From: Bacteroidales bacterium
Lineage (GTDB): Bacteria; Bacteroidota; Bacteroidia; Bacteroidales; BM520
Reading direction: 5' to 3'
Length of the DNA stretch: 64,000 bases
NCBI GenBank assembly: GCA_016285515.1
Contig: JAEEQW010000009.1
Span: forward strand, 5,561 to 69,560
This document shows, one piece after another, positions 28,871 to 39,011 of this stretch. Numbering within the stretch: the first letter of the stretch is position 1; each line of letters starts with the position of its first letter. The notes below the pieces were generated by a model. It had not been told where the DNA came from. It was given only the letters and a program-made list of their open reading frames with translations, and made no database searches. The translations under genes and the position numbers were made by a program.

Positions 28871-30145
28871 ATGACAGATTACATTGTTGGACTCGATATA
28901 GGAACTACTAAAATAGCAGTGGTGGTTGGCAGGAGAGCTGAATCCGGTAAGATTGAGATTGCAGGATATGGCAAAACAGAATCCTTAGGCGTGAAACGGG
29001 GATTCGTCTCCAATATTGAATTAACGATACAATCGATACAGAAGGCGGTAAAGGAGGCCGAGGAAAACTCAAATGTGGAGATAAAGGAGGTTTTTGTTGG
29101 CATCGCCGGACAGTATGTGAAAAGTATCCAACAACGTGGGCACTATATGAAGCAAGTGAGGGATGAGGAAATATCTCAGGAGGATATTGACAAGCTAACT
29201 GCGAGCATGTATAATCTTGCAATAAATCCGGGAGAACAGATTATTGCCGTCATTCCGCAGGAATATACCATTGATGGCGAACCGGGTATAAAGGAGCCGG
29301 TAGGCATGGTCGGCACTCTGATAGAAACCAACTTCCATGTTATTACTGCACAGATAGCGGCTGTAAGGAATATAAAGAAATGTGTCGAGAGAGCCGGATT
29401 GGAGCTTAAGGGTCTTATACTCGAGCCTATTGCATCTTCAAGCGCAGCGGTAAGCGAAGAGGAAAAAGAGGCAGGTGTTGCGCTTGTGGATATAGGTGGC
29501 GGCACCACTGATATTGCTATTTTCCAGGATGGATTTCTCAGACATTCTTCCGTGATACCTTTCGGCGGCGAAGTTATAACAGAAGACATTAAGGAAGGAT
29601 GCACAATCATAAAGAAATATGCTGAAGACCTGAAGGTGAAGTTTGGCTCGGCAATGGCTGTAAAGAACAAGGCAGAGGAAATAGTTTCCATCCCTGGTCT
29701 TCGCGGACGTCCGCCAAGAGAAATATCGTTGAAGAATCTTGCTTCCATCATTCAGGCAAGAATGGAAGAAATCCTTGAACAGGTTAATTTCAATATCAGA
29801 AATTCGGGCTATGAGAAGAAACTTATTGCAGGAATAATCATAACTGGCGGTGGCTCTTTGCTGAATCATGTTATTCAGCTTACTGAATATGTCACCGGCA
29901 AAGAGACACGCATTGGCTATCCTAACGAATTTCTGGAAAACGGTACAGACAGAGAATTGTCAAACCCGATATATTCCACGGCTGTGGGACTTCTTAAGAT
30001 AGGTATTGAGAAAGCCGAGGAGGAAGAATTGGAGGCAACACAATCAGATAAGGACAATCCTGAGGAAGAACTGAAACCAGAAGTCAAGGATAAAAAGAAG
30101 AGAAGACTGCTGGATATGTTCGAATCATTTTTGACATCAGAATAA
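28871..30145 (+). CDS. ftsA: Cell-division protein FtsA
   Basis: Actin-fold motifs GLDIGTTKIAVVVG and DIGGGTTDIA. C-terminal amphipathic tail. Confidence 0.95.
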   Translation: MTDYIVGLDIGTTKIAVVVGRRAESGKIEIAGYGKTESLGVKRGFVSNIELTIQSIQKAVKEAEENSNVEIKEVFVGIAGQYVKSIQQRGHYMKQVRDEEISQEDIDKLTASMYNLAINPGEQIIAVIPQEYTIDGEPGIKEPVGMVGTLIETNFHVITAQIAAVRNIKKCVERAGLELKGLILEPIASSSAAVSEEEKEAGVALVDIGGGTTDIAIFQDGFLRHSSVIPFGGEVITEDIKEGCTIIKKYAEDLKVKFGSAMAVKNKAEEIVSIPGLRGRPPREISLKNLASIIQARMEEILEQVNFNIRNSGYEKKLIAGIIITGGGSLLNHVIQLTEYVTGKETRIGYPNEFLENGTDRELSNPIYSTAVGLLKIGIEKAEEEELEATQSDKDNPEEELKPEVKDKKKRRLLDMFESFLTSE

Positions 30146-30162
30146 GAGAAAATATAGTAATT

Positions 30163-30206
30163 ATAAATAACTAAACACAAACGAATAAATAACTAAATAC
30201 AAACGA
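30163..30206 (+). repeat. Tandem 22-nt direct duplication ending 2 nt before the ftsZ start codon
   Basis: ATAAATAACTAAACACAAACGA (30163-30184) is followed directly by ATAAATAACTAAATACAAACGA (30185-30206). The copies differ by one C/T. Confidence 0.9.
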
Positions 30207-30208
30207 TT

Positions 30209-31648
30209 ATGGTAGGGAATATAGACTTTAATTTACCAAAGGACAAATCATCGATTATTAAGGTGATAGGAGTAGGCGGCGGCGGCTGCAACGCAGTAAA
30301 CTATATGTACAGTCAGGGTATCACTGATGTTGACTTTGTAGTTTGTAATACTGATAATCAGGCACTTGACTCAAGTGATGTTCCTGTCAAAATACGTCTT
30401 GGCAGTACCGGTCTTGGTGCGGGATCAATACCTGAGGTCGGACGTCAGCTTGCGATTGAAAGCAAGGAACAGCTTGTCGATGCGATACAGGCAAACACCA
30501 AGATGCTGTTCATAACGGCAGGAATGGGCGGTGGCACAGGAACGGGTGCGGCTCCTGTAATAGCCCAATTGGCTAGGGAACATGGAATCCTTACGGTTGC
30601 TATTGTCACTACTCCTTTTAAATGGGAAGGCAAAAAAAGAGAAAATCAGGCCAAAGAAGGTATTGCCAGATTAAGAGAAAACGTCGATACAATGATTGTT
30701 GTCGCAAACCAGAAACTCAAGGAATCATACGGGACATTAGGCCTGAAGGATTCTTTCGCCATGGCTGATAAAGTGCTTGCAACGGCGGCCAAAAGCATTT
30801 CCGAAATGATTACAAAATCCGGATATGTGAATGTTGACTTTCAGGATGTGAGAACCGTTCTCTCCAACAGCGGAACATCACTTGTAGGTTATGGCATTGC
30901 TGAAGGTGAAAACAGAGCAAAGGATGCTGTTGATGCAGCTTTGGATTCCCCTCTGCTCAATGACGGCGACATCAAAGGCGCAAGCAACATATTGCTCAAT
31001 ATCGTCAGCGGCAGCGAACAGATTACCACCGATGAACTTGATGAACTTGCTGAATATGTTCAGGTATTTGCCGGCGGCGATGCCGACATCATATTCGGTC
31101 AAAGTTTTGATGAGTCTCTTGGAAACCAGTTGTCTGTAACCATCATTGCTACGGGATTTCCATCAACAAGTGTGCAGCCGGAAAAGAAGGTTATCAATCT
31201 GGGTGATGTAAACAGTGATATGGGCTCGACTAACTCTGTGAAAACCAATAATGATTCCGAAACCGGCGAGATTATCCTCAACACTAATAACTCCGGAAGA
31301 ATTATACGTACTCTGTACGATGAAGATAGCAGACACAACAGTGCAGACACCGAATCTCTGGGAAGCAGTGAGCCGTATGCTGGTTACCAAGATGAACCTT
31401 TGGGAAGTGAAGAGATGGATAAGAAGCATGAGGAACGTTACAAAAACATACGCAGCTTCTCTCTTAATCTTTCGTCAAGCGAACAGGTCGAAAGAATGGA
31501 AAAAGAACCTGCTTACATGAGAAAGGAAGTTGAATTTGCGGATGTTCCATCTTCTGCTGAGCCTATCATGTCTTCGTCTTCAGTCAACTGCAATACCTAT
31601 GTGTTGAGACGTAATAACAATAGGTTCCTTAATCCCAACGTTGACTGA
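30209..31648 (+). CDS. ftsZ: Cell-division GTPase FtsZ
   Basis: [13 protein letters not shown] and the tubulin signature [13 protein letters not shown]. Long disordered C-terminal linker. Confidence 0.97.
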   Translation: MVGNIDFNLPKDKSSIIKVIGVGGGGCNAVNYMYSQGITDVDFVVCNTDNQALDSSDVPVKIRLGSTGLGAGSIPEVGRQLAIESKEQLVDAIQANTKMLFITAGMGGGTGTGAAPVIAQLAREHGILTVAIVTTPFKWEGKKRENQAKEGIARLRENVDTMIVVANQKLKESYGTLGLKDSFAMADKVLATAAKSISEMITKSGYVNVDFQDVRTVLSNSGTSLVGYGIAEGENRAKDAVDAALDSPLLNDGDIKGASNILLNIVSGSEQITTDELDELAEYVQVFAGGDADIIFGQSFDESLGNQLSVTIIATGFPSTSVQPEKKVINLGDVNSDMGSTNSVKTNNDSETGEIILNTNNSGRIIRTLYDEDSRHNSADTESLGSSEPYAGYQDEPLGSEEMDKKHEERYKNIRSFSLNLSSSEQVERMEKEPAYMRKEVEFADVPSSAEPIMSSSSVNCNTYVLRRNNNRFLNPNVD

Positions 31649-31660
31649 TTTAGTTTGAAT

Positions 31661-31692
31661 TTGTAGGAGCGAACAATTATTCGCCCCTACAA
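31661..31692. terminator. Long hairpin between convergent ftsZ and HAD genes (REP-like or bidirectional terminator)
   Basis: TTGTAGGAGCGAA-CAATTA-TTCGCCCCTACAA: 13-bp stem with one mismatch. No flanking T-tract. Confidence 0.45.
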
Positions 31693-31695
31693 TCG

Positions 31696-32580
31696 TCACA
31701 TATCGTACAGATTAGAGATCTGATTTAACTTGATGTCGTTTAGCTCGTGTTCGGCGGCGATGCGATCAATCAGTCGCTTAAGAATTGTATCTAAAGTCTT
31801 TCCCTCCCTGTAGTCGGCAGGAGCTATGTAATCGGCACGGTTATCCTTAATCAGTTCCAGGCATATTTCTCTCGAAGTGGATGTGCCGCTTCCTGAATGC
31901 TTGGTTTCTGGATTGTACACGGCAATGGCCGTACCTTCGCGGTATTTTATCATTTTCATTGCTGGCACGTCGGTCTCACCATCACCGATATAAATCATGT
32001 CGGAAAACGGTATGGGACGAAGATGGTCAGGAACGTATTTGTTGATGAGTGTGTCATCCCAGCTGTTGTAAATACCTTTGTTGATACGATAAAGATACTG
32101 TGTCTTGTTAGTGTAGTTGATGGCTACGGCAGGCCATTCAGCGATTCCTTCGTCATTGTACTTGAACCCTGAGGCAAATATTCTCTTGAAATATTTGGCG
32201 ATGCTTGTTCCGCTGACAAATTCCCTCAACCCTGAAGAAATGATGTAATGCTCGATAATCAGATTCTTTGCTCTTGCGTATTCGTTTATTCTGTCGAAAT
32301 AACTTTCAACGCCGTCGAAAAACCTTATCGATTTGCCGTAGTTCTCAAATGACTCACGTTTGATGGATATGTGTGCCTCCCTGGCCTTGTTGAGCATAAG
32401 CTGCATGTAGGCGAGGATGCCGTCCATATCGTTTTTGGCGGCTAACTGGTTGGCTTCCATCCAGAATTCCTTGTTGCCGATGCCGAGTTCAGGAATGAAT
32501 TCGTGTTCCTGCATGTTTCCTGGCGCAAGCGTACCATCGAAGTCATACGCTATTGCCATCTTAGAAGGTTTCATTGACAT
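31696..32580 (-). CDS. HAD-superfamily hydrolase
   Basis: Motif I YDFDGTL and motif IV GDGETD. 294 aa. Starts 3 nt after the purL stop. Confidence 0.7.
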   Translation of the reverse strand: MSMKPSKMAIAYDFDGTLAPGNMQEHEFIPELGIGNKEFWMEANQLAAKNDMDGILAYMQLMLNKAREAHISIKRESFENYGKSIRFFDGVESYFDRINEYARAKNLIIEHYIISSGLREFVSGTSIAKYFKRIFASGFKYNDEGIAEWPAVAINYTNKTQYLYRINKGIYNSWDDTLINKYVPDHLRPIPFSDMIYIGDGETDVPAMKMIKYREGTAIAVYNPETKHSGSGTSTSREICLELIKDNRADYIAPADYREGKTLDTILKRLIDRIAAEHELNDIKLNQISNLYDM

Positions 32581-32583
32581 GAA

Positions 32584-35500
32584 TTATATTTTTAAGATGT
32601 TGGCTATCCATTCCTTTGCGCTTACAAAGGCGAGGAACCACGGTGTGATTTCGTCATTGTTGCGGTTGTAGTAAGGCCATTGCCACGGCAGGAATGATCT
32701 TTCAAGATGAGGCATCATTGCGAGATGACGGCCATCCTTTGAACAGATACCGGCTGCATCGTAACTGGAACCGTTTGGATTGCCCGGATATTCCGAATAT
32801 GAATATTTAAGAGGGATATAATAAGCCTTTTCCTCTTCGCTGAGCATAAACTTGCCTTCTCCATGTGCAATCCATACGCCGAGTCTGCATCCTGCAAGGG
32901 CACGCAGCATTATTGAGTTGTTCGGCTGAATGGTGACATTTACGAAACCTGATTCAAATTTCTGGGAATCGTTAGGCAACATCTTAGGCTTGTTTTCCAT
33001 TTCCGGGTAGATGAGCCCAAGTTCCACCATAACCTGACATCCGTTGCATACACCTAAACTCAGAGTGTCGTCGCGCTTGTAGAAATTCTGAAGTGCAGTC
33101 CTTGCCTTTTCGTTGTATTTCAGGGCACCAGCCCAGCCTTTTGCTGAACCGAGTACGTCAGAATTGGAGAATCCGCCGACAAATACAATCATGTTGACAT
33201 CTTCGAGATTTTCCCTGCCCGACATGAGGTCGGTGGTATGGATGTCCTTCACATCGAAATCGGCAAGATAAAGTGCGTATGCCATTTCGCGGTCGCACTG
33301 ACAACCTTTTTCACGTATGATGGCCGCTTTTATTCCTGAAGGTTTGCGACGGTGAGGGTCAATTCCATAGCTTGAGAACTTGCCTGTGAACACTTGTCCG
33401 AACCTGTATTTCAGAGGCTGTTCAAAGACATTCATATATCTTTCGCTTGCCAAGTCACCGGCTATCTGCTCCATGTTGAAAAGCAGTGACGGATGGTTCC
33501 AGATATCTCTGAAATCAGCAATGTCTAGTTTGAAAGTCTCCCCTTCGTAATTGATTTTTACTGTATCTGATTCCACCACATCACCGAGGATGTAAAATTC
33601 TATTCCCCTGTCGAACAGATAGGAGGCAATTTTGTTGTAATCAGTGACTTGAATGACAAGTCCCGGTTTTTCACTGAAAGCCGAGTTGAACAGATAAACC
33701 CCTTCGAACACATCGAAAAGCAGTTCCATTCCGAGACCTTCCGTGCTGAAAGTCATCTCTAACAGTGTGGTTATCAGACCACCTGAGGAAACATCATGAC
33801 CAGCGAGAATATAACCTTTGTTGATTAAATCCTGAATGGCATTGAAAGTCTTTTTGACGTATTCAGCTGATTGCACGGTAGGAGTTTTGTCACCCAATGA
33901 GTTCAGTGTCTGTGCAAAGGCACTTCCGCCAAGGTTGAAGTCCGATTTTGCAAAATCGATGTATATCAGTTTGCTGTCTTCTGCGTATTTCACAACTGGG
34001 GTAACTGCTTTCTTGACGTCGGTGACCTCGCCTGCGGCTGAAACGATAACAGTACCTGGGGCGTAAACCATATCGCCATTAGGATATTTTTGTGTCATGG
34101 AGAGAGAGTCCTTGCCGGTCGGGATGTTTATACCGAGTTCAATGCAGAAGTCGCTAATAGCTTTCACTGCTGAGTAAAGTCTTGCATTTTCGCCTTCCAC
34201 CTTGGCGGGCCACATCCAGTTTGCACTCAATGAAACGCCTTTCAGACCGTCTTTTATCGGTGCCCAGATGATATTTGTCAGTGCTTCACATACGGAAAGT
34301 CTTGACGCTTCAGCAGGGTCTAGCAGTCCGGCTATAGGGGCATGACCTATTGCTGATGCGACACCGGTGGTGCCAGTATAGTCTAATGCCATGATACCCA
34401 AGTCGTTGAGGGGCAGTTGGTAGATGCCTGTACATTGCTGCATTGCGACTTTGCCAGTTACGGAGCGGTCCACTTTGTTGGTCAGCCAGTCCTTGCTGCC
34501 GACTGATTCGAGCGACAGGACGTTTTCAACGTGAGTCTCGAAATCGTCAAGCGACAGGTCAATGTTTTCGTCCTGTTCCACTATGGATTTGCCCACTGTA
34601 TATTCCTTGGTGTCGGTGAGGATGGTCTTCGGAGGATTGCCAAAGAAGTCGTTAAGCCTCATGTCTATTGGCTTTATTCCGCTCTTTCTGTCAATAACTT
34701 CAAATTTCATGTCATCTGTGACTTCACCGACAACATAGAACGGAGCTCTTTCTCTTTTGGCGATTTTCTGCAACAATGGAAGATGTTCGCTTTTGATGAC
34801 AATTCCCATTCGTTCCTGAGATTCGTTTCCGATTATTTCCTTGATTGAAAGGGTAGGGTCTCCGATAGGCAATGTGTCGAGATATATTATTCCGCCGTTT
34901 TTTTCGACTAATTCGGAGAAGCAGTTGAGGTGGCCGCCAGCGCCATGGTCGTGTATGGAAATTATCGGGTTGTCGGTCATTTCCACGAATGCACGGATAA
35001 CGTTCGACACTCTTTTCTGCATTTCCGGGTTGGAACGCTGAACGGCGTTGAGTTCAATGGCATTTTCGTATTCGCCTGTATTTACGGAAGATACTGATGC
35101 ACCGCCGAGACCGATTCTGTAGTTGTCGCCGCCGAGCAGAACTATCATGTCACCTTTTTGTGGAATGGCTTTTTTGCTTTCATTTTCCTTTGCGAAGCCT
35201 ATACCTCCGGCAAGCATGATAACCTTGTCGTAGCCGTATTTTCTGTCTTCGGTGAAATGTTCGAAAGTGAGCAGGCTGCCGTTAATCAGCGGCTGACCGA
35301 ATTTGTTGCCAAAATCACTTGCGCCGTTTGAGGCCTTGATGAGAATGTCGTTTGGGGTCTGATAGAGCCAAGGTCTTTCAGGCAGGTTCTTTTCCCAGTT
35401 TTTGAGTTCACCGTGGCGCGGATAAGAGGTCATATAGACAGCTGTACCTGCTAGTGGCAAAGAGCCTCTGCCTCCGCCGAGACGGTCTCTGATTTCGCCA

Positions 35501-36297
35501 CCGCTGCCTGTGGCAGCTCCGTTAAACGGTTCGACTGTAGTTGGAAAATTGTGAGTTTCGGCTTTAAGTGAAATGACAGACTGAATGTCATCAACCCTGA
35601 AAAATGACGCTTCATCCTGTCTCTCAGGTGCAAACTGCTCAATGACCGGGCCTTCGATGAAGGCTACGTTGTCTTTGTATGCCGATACTATGCCATTGGG
35701 ATTTTCTTTGGATGTTTTCTTTATCATTCCGAACAGTGAAGATGGCATTTCCTTGCCGTCAATAATGAAAGTGCCGTTGAAGATTTTATGACGGCAGTGT
35801 TCCGAGTTGATTTCAGAGAATCCGAAGACTTCACTGTCAGTGAGTTTTCTGCCAAGGTTTTTGCTCAGGTCCTTGAGGTAAGTGATTTCCTCTTTACTGA
35901 GTGCGAGACCTTCTTCTATATTGTATGCTTCGAGGTCGTCAATGTAACGTATTTCTTCAGGTTTGCGGTCGATGAAAAACACATTTTGGTCAAGACCGTC
36001 ATACACCTGTTGAAGCATCTTGTCATATTTTTCTTTTTTAACCGAGTAAATTTCGGTGAACATTTCAATACGTCTGATGCCACTAATCCCCATGTTTTGG
36101 GTTATCTCCACCGCATTGGTGCTCCATGGGGTTATCATTTCTTTTCTTGGGCCGATGAAAGTGCCGTCAAGTTTGTCGGCATCTTCATATTTGGCGTTTC
36201 CGAAAAGCCATATCAGCTTTTCTATTGTGTCTTTTGACAGTGGTTCTATGCTGTCAACGGCATAAATAATTCTCTCTTTTTTGAAAAAAGCTGTCAT
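32584..36297 (-). CDS. purL: Phosphoribosylformylglycinamidine synthase (single-chain large PurL)
   Basis: 1237 aa. FGAM synthase AIR-synthase-like repeats and a C-terminal glutaminase domain with GVCNGCQ. Confidence 0.95.
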   Translation of the reverse strand: MTAFFKKERIIYAVDSIEPLSKDTIEKLIWLFGNAKYEDADKLDGTFIGPRKEMITPWSTNAVEITQNMGISGIRRIEMFTEIYSVKKEKYDKMLQQVYDGLDQNVFFIDRKPEEIRYIDDLEAYNIEEGLALSKEEITYLKDLSKNLGRKLTDSEVFGFSEINSEHCRHKIFNGTFIIDGKEMPSSLFGMIKKTSKENPNGIVSAYKDNVAFIEGPVIEQFAPERQDEASFFRVDDIQSVISLKAETHNFPTTVEPFNGAATGSGGEIRDRLGGGRGSLPLAGTAVYMTSYPRHGELKNWEKNLPERPWLYQTPNDILIKASNGASDFGNKFGQPLINGSLLTFEHFTEDRKYGYDKVIMLAGGIGFAKENESKKAIPQKGDMIVLLGGDNYRIGLGGASVSSVNTGEYENAIELNAVQRSNPEMQKRVSNVIRAFVEMTDNPIISIHDHGAGGHLNCFSELVEKNGGIIYLDTLPIGDPTLSIKEIIGNESQERMGIVIKSEHLPLLQKIAKRERAPFYVVGEVTDDMKFEVIDRKSGIKPIDMRLNDFFGNPPKTILTDTKEYTVGKSIVEQDENIDLSLDDFETHVENVLSLESVGSKDWLTNKVDRSVTGKVAMQQCTGIYQLPLNDLGIMALDYTGTTGVASAIGHAPIAGLLDPAEASRLSVCEALTNIIWAPIKDGLKGVSLSANWMWPAKVEGENARLYSAVKAISDFCIELGINIPTGKDSLSMTQKYPNGDMVYAPGTVIVSAAGEVTDVKKAVTPVVKYAEDSKLIYIDFAKSDFNLGGSAFAQTLNSLGDKTPTVQSAEYVKKTFNAIQDLINKGYILAGHDVSSGGLITTLLEMTFSTEGLGMELLFDVFEGVYLFNSAFSEKPGLVIQVTDYNKIASYLFDRGIEFYILGDVVESDTVKINYEGETFKLDIADFRDIWNHPSLLFNMEQIAGDLASERYMNVFEQPLKYRFGQVFTGKFSSYGIDPHRRKPSGIKAAIIREKGCQCDREMAYALYLADFDVKDIHTTDLMSGRENLEDVNMIVFVGGFSNSDVLGSAKGWAGALKYNEKARTALQNFYKRDDTLSLGVCNGCQVMVELGLIYPEMENKPKMLPNDSQKFESGFVNVTIQPNNSIMLRALAGCRLGVWIAHGEGKFMLSEEEKAYYIPLKYSYSEYPGNPNGSSYDAAGICSKDGRHLAMMPHLERSFLPWQWPYYNRNNDEITPWFLAFVSAKEWIANILKI

Positions 36298-37220
36298 TGC
36301 TTGAGGAATTTTTCGAGTTCGATTGCTGCCATGCAGCCTGTGCCGGCAGCGGTGATGGCCTGTTTGAATCTTGTATCTTGAACGTCACCTGCGGCAAAGA
36401 TGCCAGGAATGTTTGTCTGGGTTGTGCCAGGCTTGGTGATGATATAACCTTCTTTGTCACATTCGATGAAATCCTTGAAGACTTCTGTGTTTGGATGATG
36501 TCCTATTGCAACGAAGAAACCTGAAATGTCGTATTTTTCTTTCTGATTGGTTTTCAAGTTGTTGAGGATAATCCCTGTGACACCGTCATCATCTCCTACT
36601 ATTTCATCGGTGGTGCGGCTCCATAGGATTTCTATGTTTGGGGTTTTGAAAACTCTTTCTTGCATTGCCTTTGAAGCGCGGAGTTCGTCTCTGCGGTGGA
36701 TGAGATATACCTTTTTGGCGATGCCGGCGAGATATACTGCCTCTTCGCATGCTGTGTCGCCGCCGCCGGCAACTGCAACAATCTGATTGCGGTAGAAAAA
36801 TCCGTCACAAGTGGCACATGCTGAAACTCCCATGCCTTTGAATCTTTCTTCAGATTCAAGTCCGAGGTAGCGTGCTGAAGCACCGGTGGCTATGATTACT
36901 GCATCGGCAATGATTTCTTTGCCGTCATCGGCCCATGCTTTGAATGGACGTGAGCTGAAATCGACTTTCTCTACGATTCCCTGACGGATGTCAGCACCGA
37001 AACGGGCAGCCTGTAATTCCATGTCCTCCATGAGTTTAGGCCCCTGGATTCCGTTCGGATGTCCTGGAAAATTGTCGATTGCAGTGGTTATTGTAAGTTG
37101 ACCGCCTCTTTGAATACCTGTATAAACGACAGGATGGAGGTTGGCTCTTGAAGTGTATATTGCTGCAGTGTATCCTGCAGGACCTGAACCTATAATCAGG
37201 CATTGAATCTTTTCTGTCAT
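36294..37220 (-). CDS. trxB: Thioredoxin-disulfide reductase
   Basis: GSGPAGYTAA, redox-active CATCDG, GGGDTACEEA. The stop overlaps the purL ATG by 4 nt. Confidence 0.95.
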   Translation of the reverse strand: MTEKIQCLIIGSGPAGYTAAIYTSRANLHPVVYTGIQRGGQLTITTAIDNFPGHPNGIQGPKLMEDMELQAARFGADIRQGIVEKVDFSSRPFKAWADDGKEIIADAVIIATGASARYLGLESEERFKGMGVSACATCDGFFYRNQIVAVAGGGDTACEEAVYLAGIAKKVYLIHRRDELRASKAMQERVFKTPNIEILWSRTTDEIVGDDDGVTGIILNNLKTNQKEKYDISGFFVAIGHHPNTEVFKDFIECDKEGYIITKPGTTQTNIPGIFAAGDVQDTRFKQAITAAGTGCMAAIELEKFLKQ

Positions 37221-37239
37221 GATTTTTCTGTTAAAACTA

Positions 37240-37247
37240 CAAAGATA
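37240..37247 (-). promoter_or_regulatory. Bacteroidota -7 promoter box TATCTTTG (minus strand)
   Basis: TAnnTTTG match 20 nt upstream of the trxB ATG. Confidence 0.5.
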
Positions 37248-37364
37248 TAAAAAATAGTTGATAATTGGTATTTGATTTTTTGTAGATATTTGCGGATAGT
37301 TTTCAAGAGTTGGTTTTTATGGATGTGGCAAGAGCTAATCGGATGTTTTCACGTCTCTTGTCTT

Positions 37365-39011
37365 CTATTTCTTGGAAACTTTTGTCTTCTTCAAATCAAC
37401 CAGATTGATAGGATTGCTGCCTAATCCGCTAACATTTTTGCTGACGAAACGCAAAACCTTGTCATAGAACAACACTATGCATGGCGGCTCAGTCATGATA
37501 AGACTGTCCATTTGCGAATACAATTCCATACGCCTGTCGTTGTCGGTTTCCGAAATGGCCATCTCGTACATGGCATCGAATTTGTCATTCTTCCAATGAA
37601 AATAATTCGGTCCCGTCGGACAGAAATTCTTGCTGTAGAATAGTGACAGATAATTTTCGGCATCGGAATAGTCGGCCACCCATGACCCTCTGAAACACTG
37701 TAATTTGGATGTCGAACGCATGTCCTTTATAACTGCTGCTGAATATACGTCAACTTTTACTGGTATGCCGATAAATGACAGTCTGCTTTGGATGTAATTG
37801 CACAGGTCCGAATATTCCATCGTTGTGGCTATTCTTATTTCCGGGAAATTGCCGTTGTTGTAGAATTTTGATTTTTTGATCAGTTCGGCAGCCTTAATCG
37901 GGTCATATTCGTACTGTGGGGTGGTGATATGTCCTGGAAGTGCGGTTGGGATGAATCCGTATATGCCTGGAGTGCCGACATTGGAGCGCAAATGACGCAA
38001 CATCTTAGGCTTGTCTATTGCATAGTTGACTGCTTGACGTACAATTGGATCCGAAAGCGGACTCGTTTCGTCTTCAACATTGAAACCTATATATTCGGTG
38101 TTAAGATATGGCTCGGAAATGAGCTCAAATTTGTCGCGGTATTTTTCATTCAGTGTCCCTTCAGGGGTTATCAATTCCCGCATGTATGCAGGGTCAACGC
38201 CTGACATGTAATCGAAATTGTCTTTGACAAATTCGAGGAAGACAGTCTGTTTGTCCTTTATGAATGAAATCGCCACATAGTCAAGATATGGGTATCTGTT
38301 GCCGGCTGAATCTGTCTCGAAATAGTTTTCATTTCTTTCAAGGACCAATTTTTCATCTTCTTTCCAGTATTTGAATTTGAAGGGACCGGTGCCGATAGGA
38401 TTTTTCCTGAAGTCCTTGCCGTAGTGTTCAACCACTTCGCGGGGAACTACGGAGCAGTATTTCATGGCGAGTATGCTCAGAAACGGGGAGAATGGCTGTG
38501 ACAACTCTATTTGCAGGGTTGTGTCGTTTAATGCTGTAACAGCAAGTGGTATGAAGTCTTTGTCTGCTGGCTGTTTGTCCATACGTTTGACATTGGCCAT
38601 AATCCATCCGCCAGGTGAAGCACATGCCGGGTCAATGACGCGGTTGAGGCTATATACAAAATCATCGGCTATGACTTTGCGGGTGCTGTCGCTGCCGAAC
38701 AGTTCGGATTTATGGAAATACACATCGTTGCGCAGTGTGAAAGTATAGGTGAGCGCATCATCGCTTATAGTCCAACTCTTTGCAATGCAAGGTGTTACGT
38801 TCATCTTGTCATCGTACTGAACCAGGCCGTTGAACAGCTGGTTGCATCCGTTGATGTTTGAAAGGTTGCGGGAATAAATAGGGTCGAGGGAGTTTATTCC
38901 ATCGACCTCATTATAACGAAAAACAGAATGACCATTGCTATGGTCATCTGTTTTGCAGCTTACGAGAAGCAATAATATTATTGTTGGTATGATGAGTCGG
39001 AAACGCATCAT
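37365..39011 (-). CDS. Family-5 (peptide/nickel, OppA/DppA-like) ABC substrate-binding lipoprotein, orphan
   Basis: Lipoprotein signal LLLLVSC. The overall sequence style matches SBP_bac_5 ([25 protein letters not shown]...GTGPFKF). The start overlaps the lon stop by 4 nt. No permease or ATPase genes are nearby. Confidence 0.75.
   Translation of the reverse strand: MMRFRLIIPTIILLLLVSCKTDDHSNGHSVFRYNEVDGINSLDPIYSRNLSNINGCNQLFNGLVQYDDKMNVTPCIAKSWTISDDALTYTFTLRNDVYFHKSELFGSDSTRKVIADDFVYSLNRVIDPACASPGGWIMANVKRMDKQPADKDFIPLAVTALNDTTLQIELSQPFSPFLSILAMKYCSVVPREVVEHYGKDFRKNPIGTGPFKFKYWKEDEKLVLERNENYFETDSAGNRYPYLDYVAISFIKDKQTVFLEFVKDNFDYMSGVDPAYMRELITPEGTLNEKYRDKFELISEPYLNTEYIGFNVEDETSPLSDPIVRQAVNYAIDKPKMLRHLRSNVGTPGIYGFIPTALPGHITTPQYEYDPIKAAELIKKSKFYNNGNFPEIRIATTMEYSDLCNYIQSRLSFIGIPVKVDVYSAAVIKDMRSTSKLQCFRGSWVADYSDAENYLSLFYSKNFCPTGPNYFHWKNDKFDAMYEMAISETDNDRRMELYSQMDSLIMTEPPCIVLFYDKVLRFVSKNVSGLGSNPINLVDLKKTKVSKK

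Noticed and set aside
17521-31648. Absence of murF and ddl from the dcw cluster
   Set aside because: This is the normal Bacteroidota arrangement, with those genes encoded elsewhere. Only the truncated murD is anomalous.
37221-37364. Possible terminator or riboswitch in the SBP-trxB spacer
   Set aside because: Only a weak 6-bp stem with a 20-nt loop (CAAGAG...CTCTTG) was found, and no conserved riboswitch-like core. The trxB -7 box is the only convincing element there.
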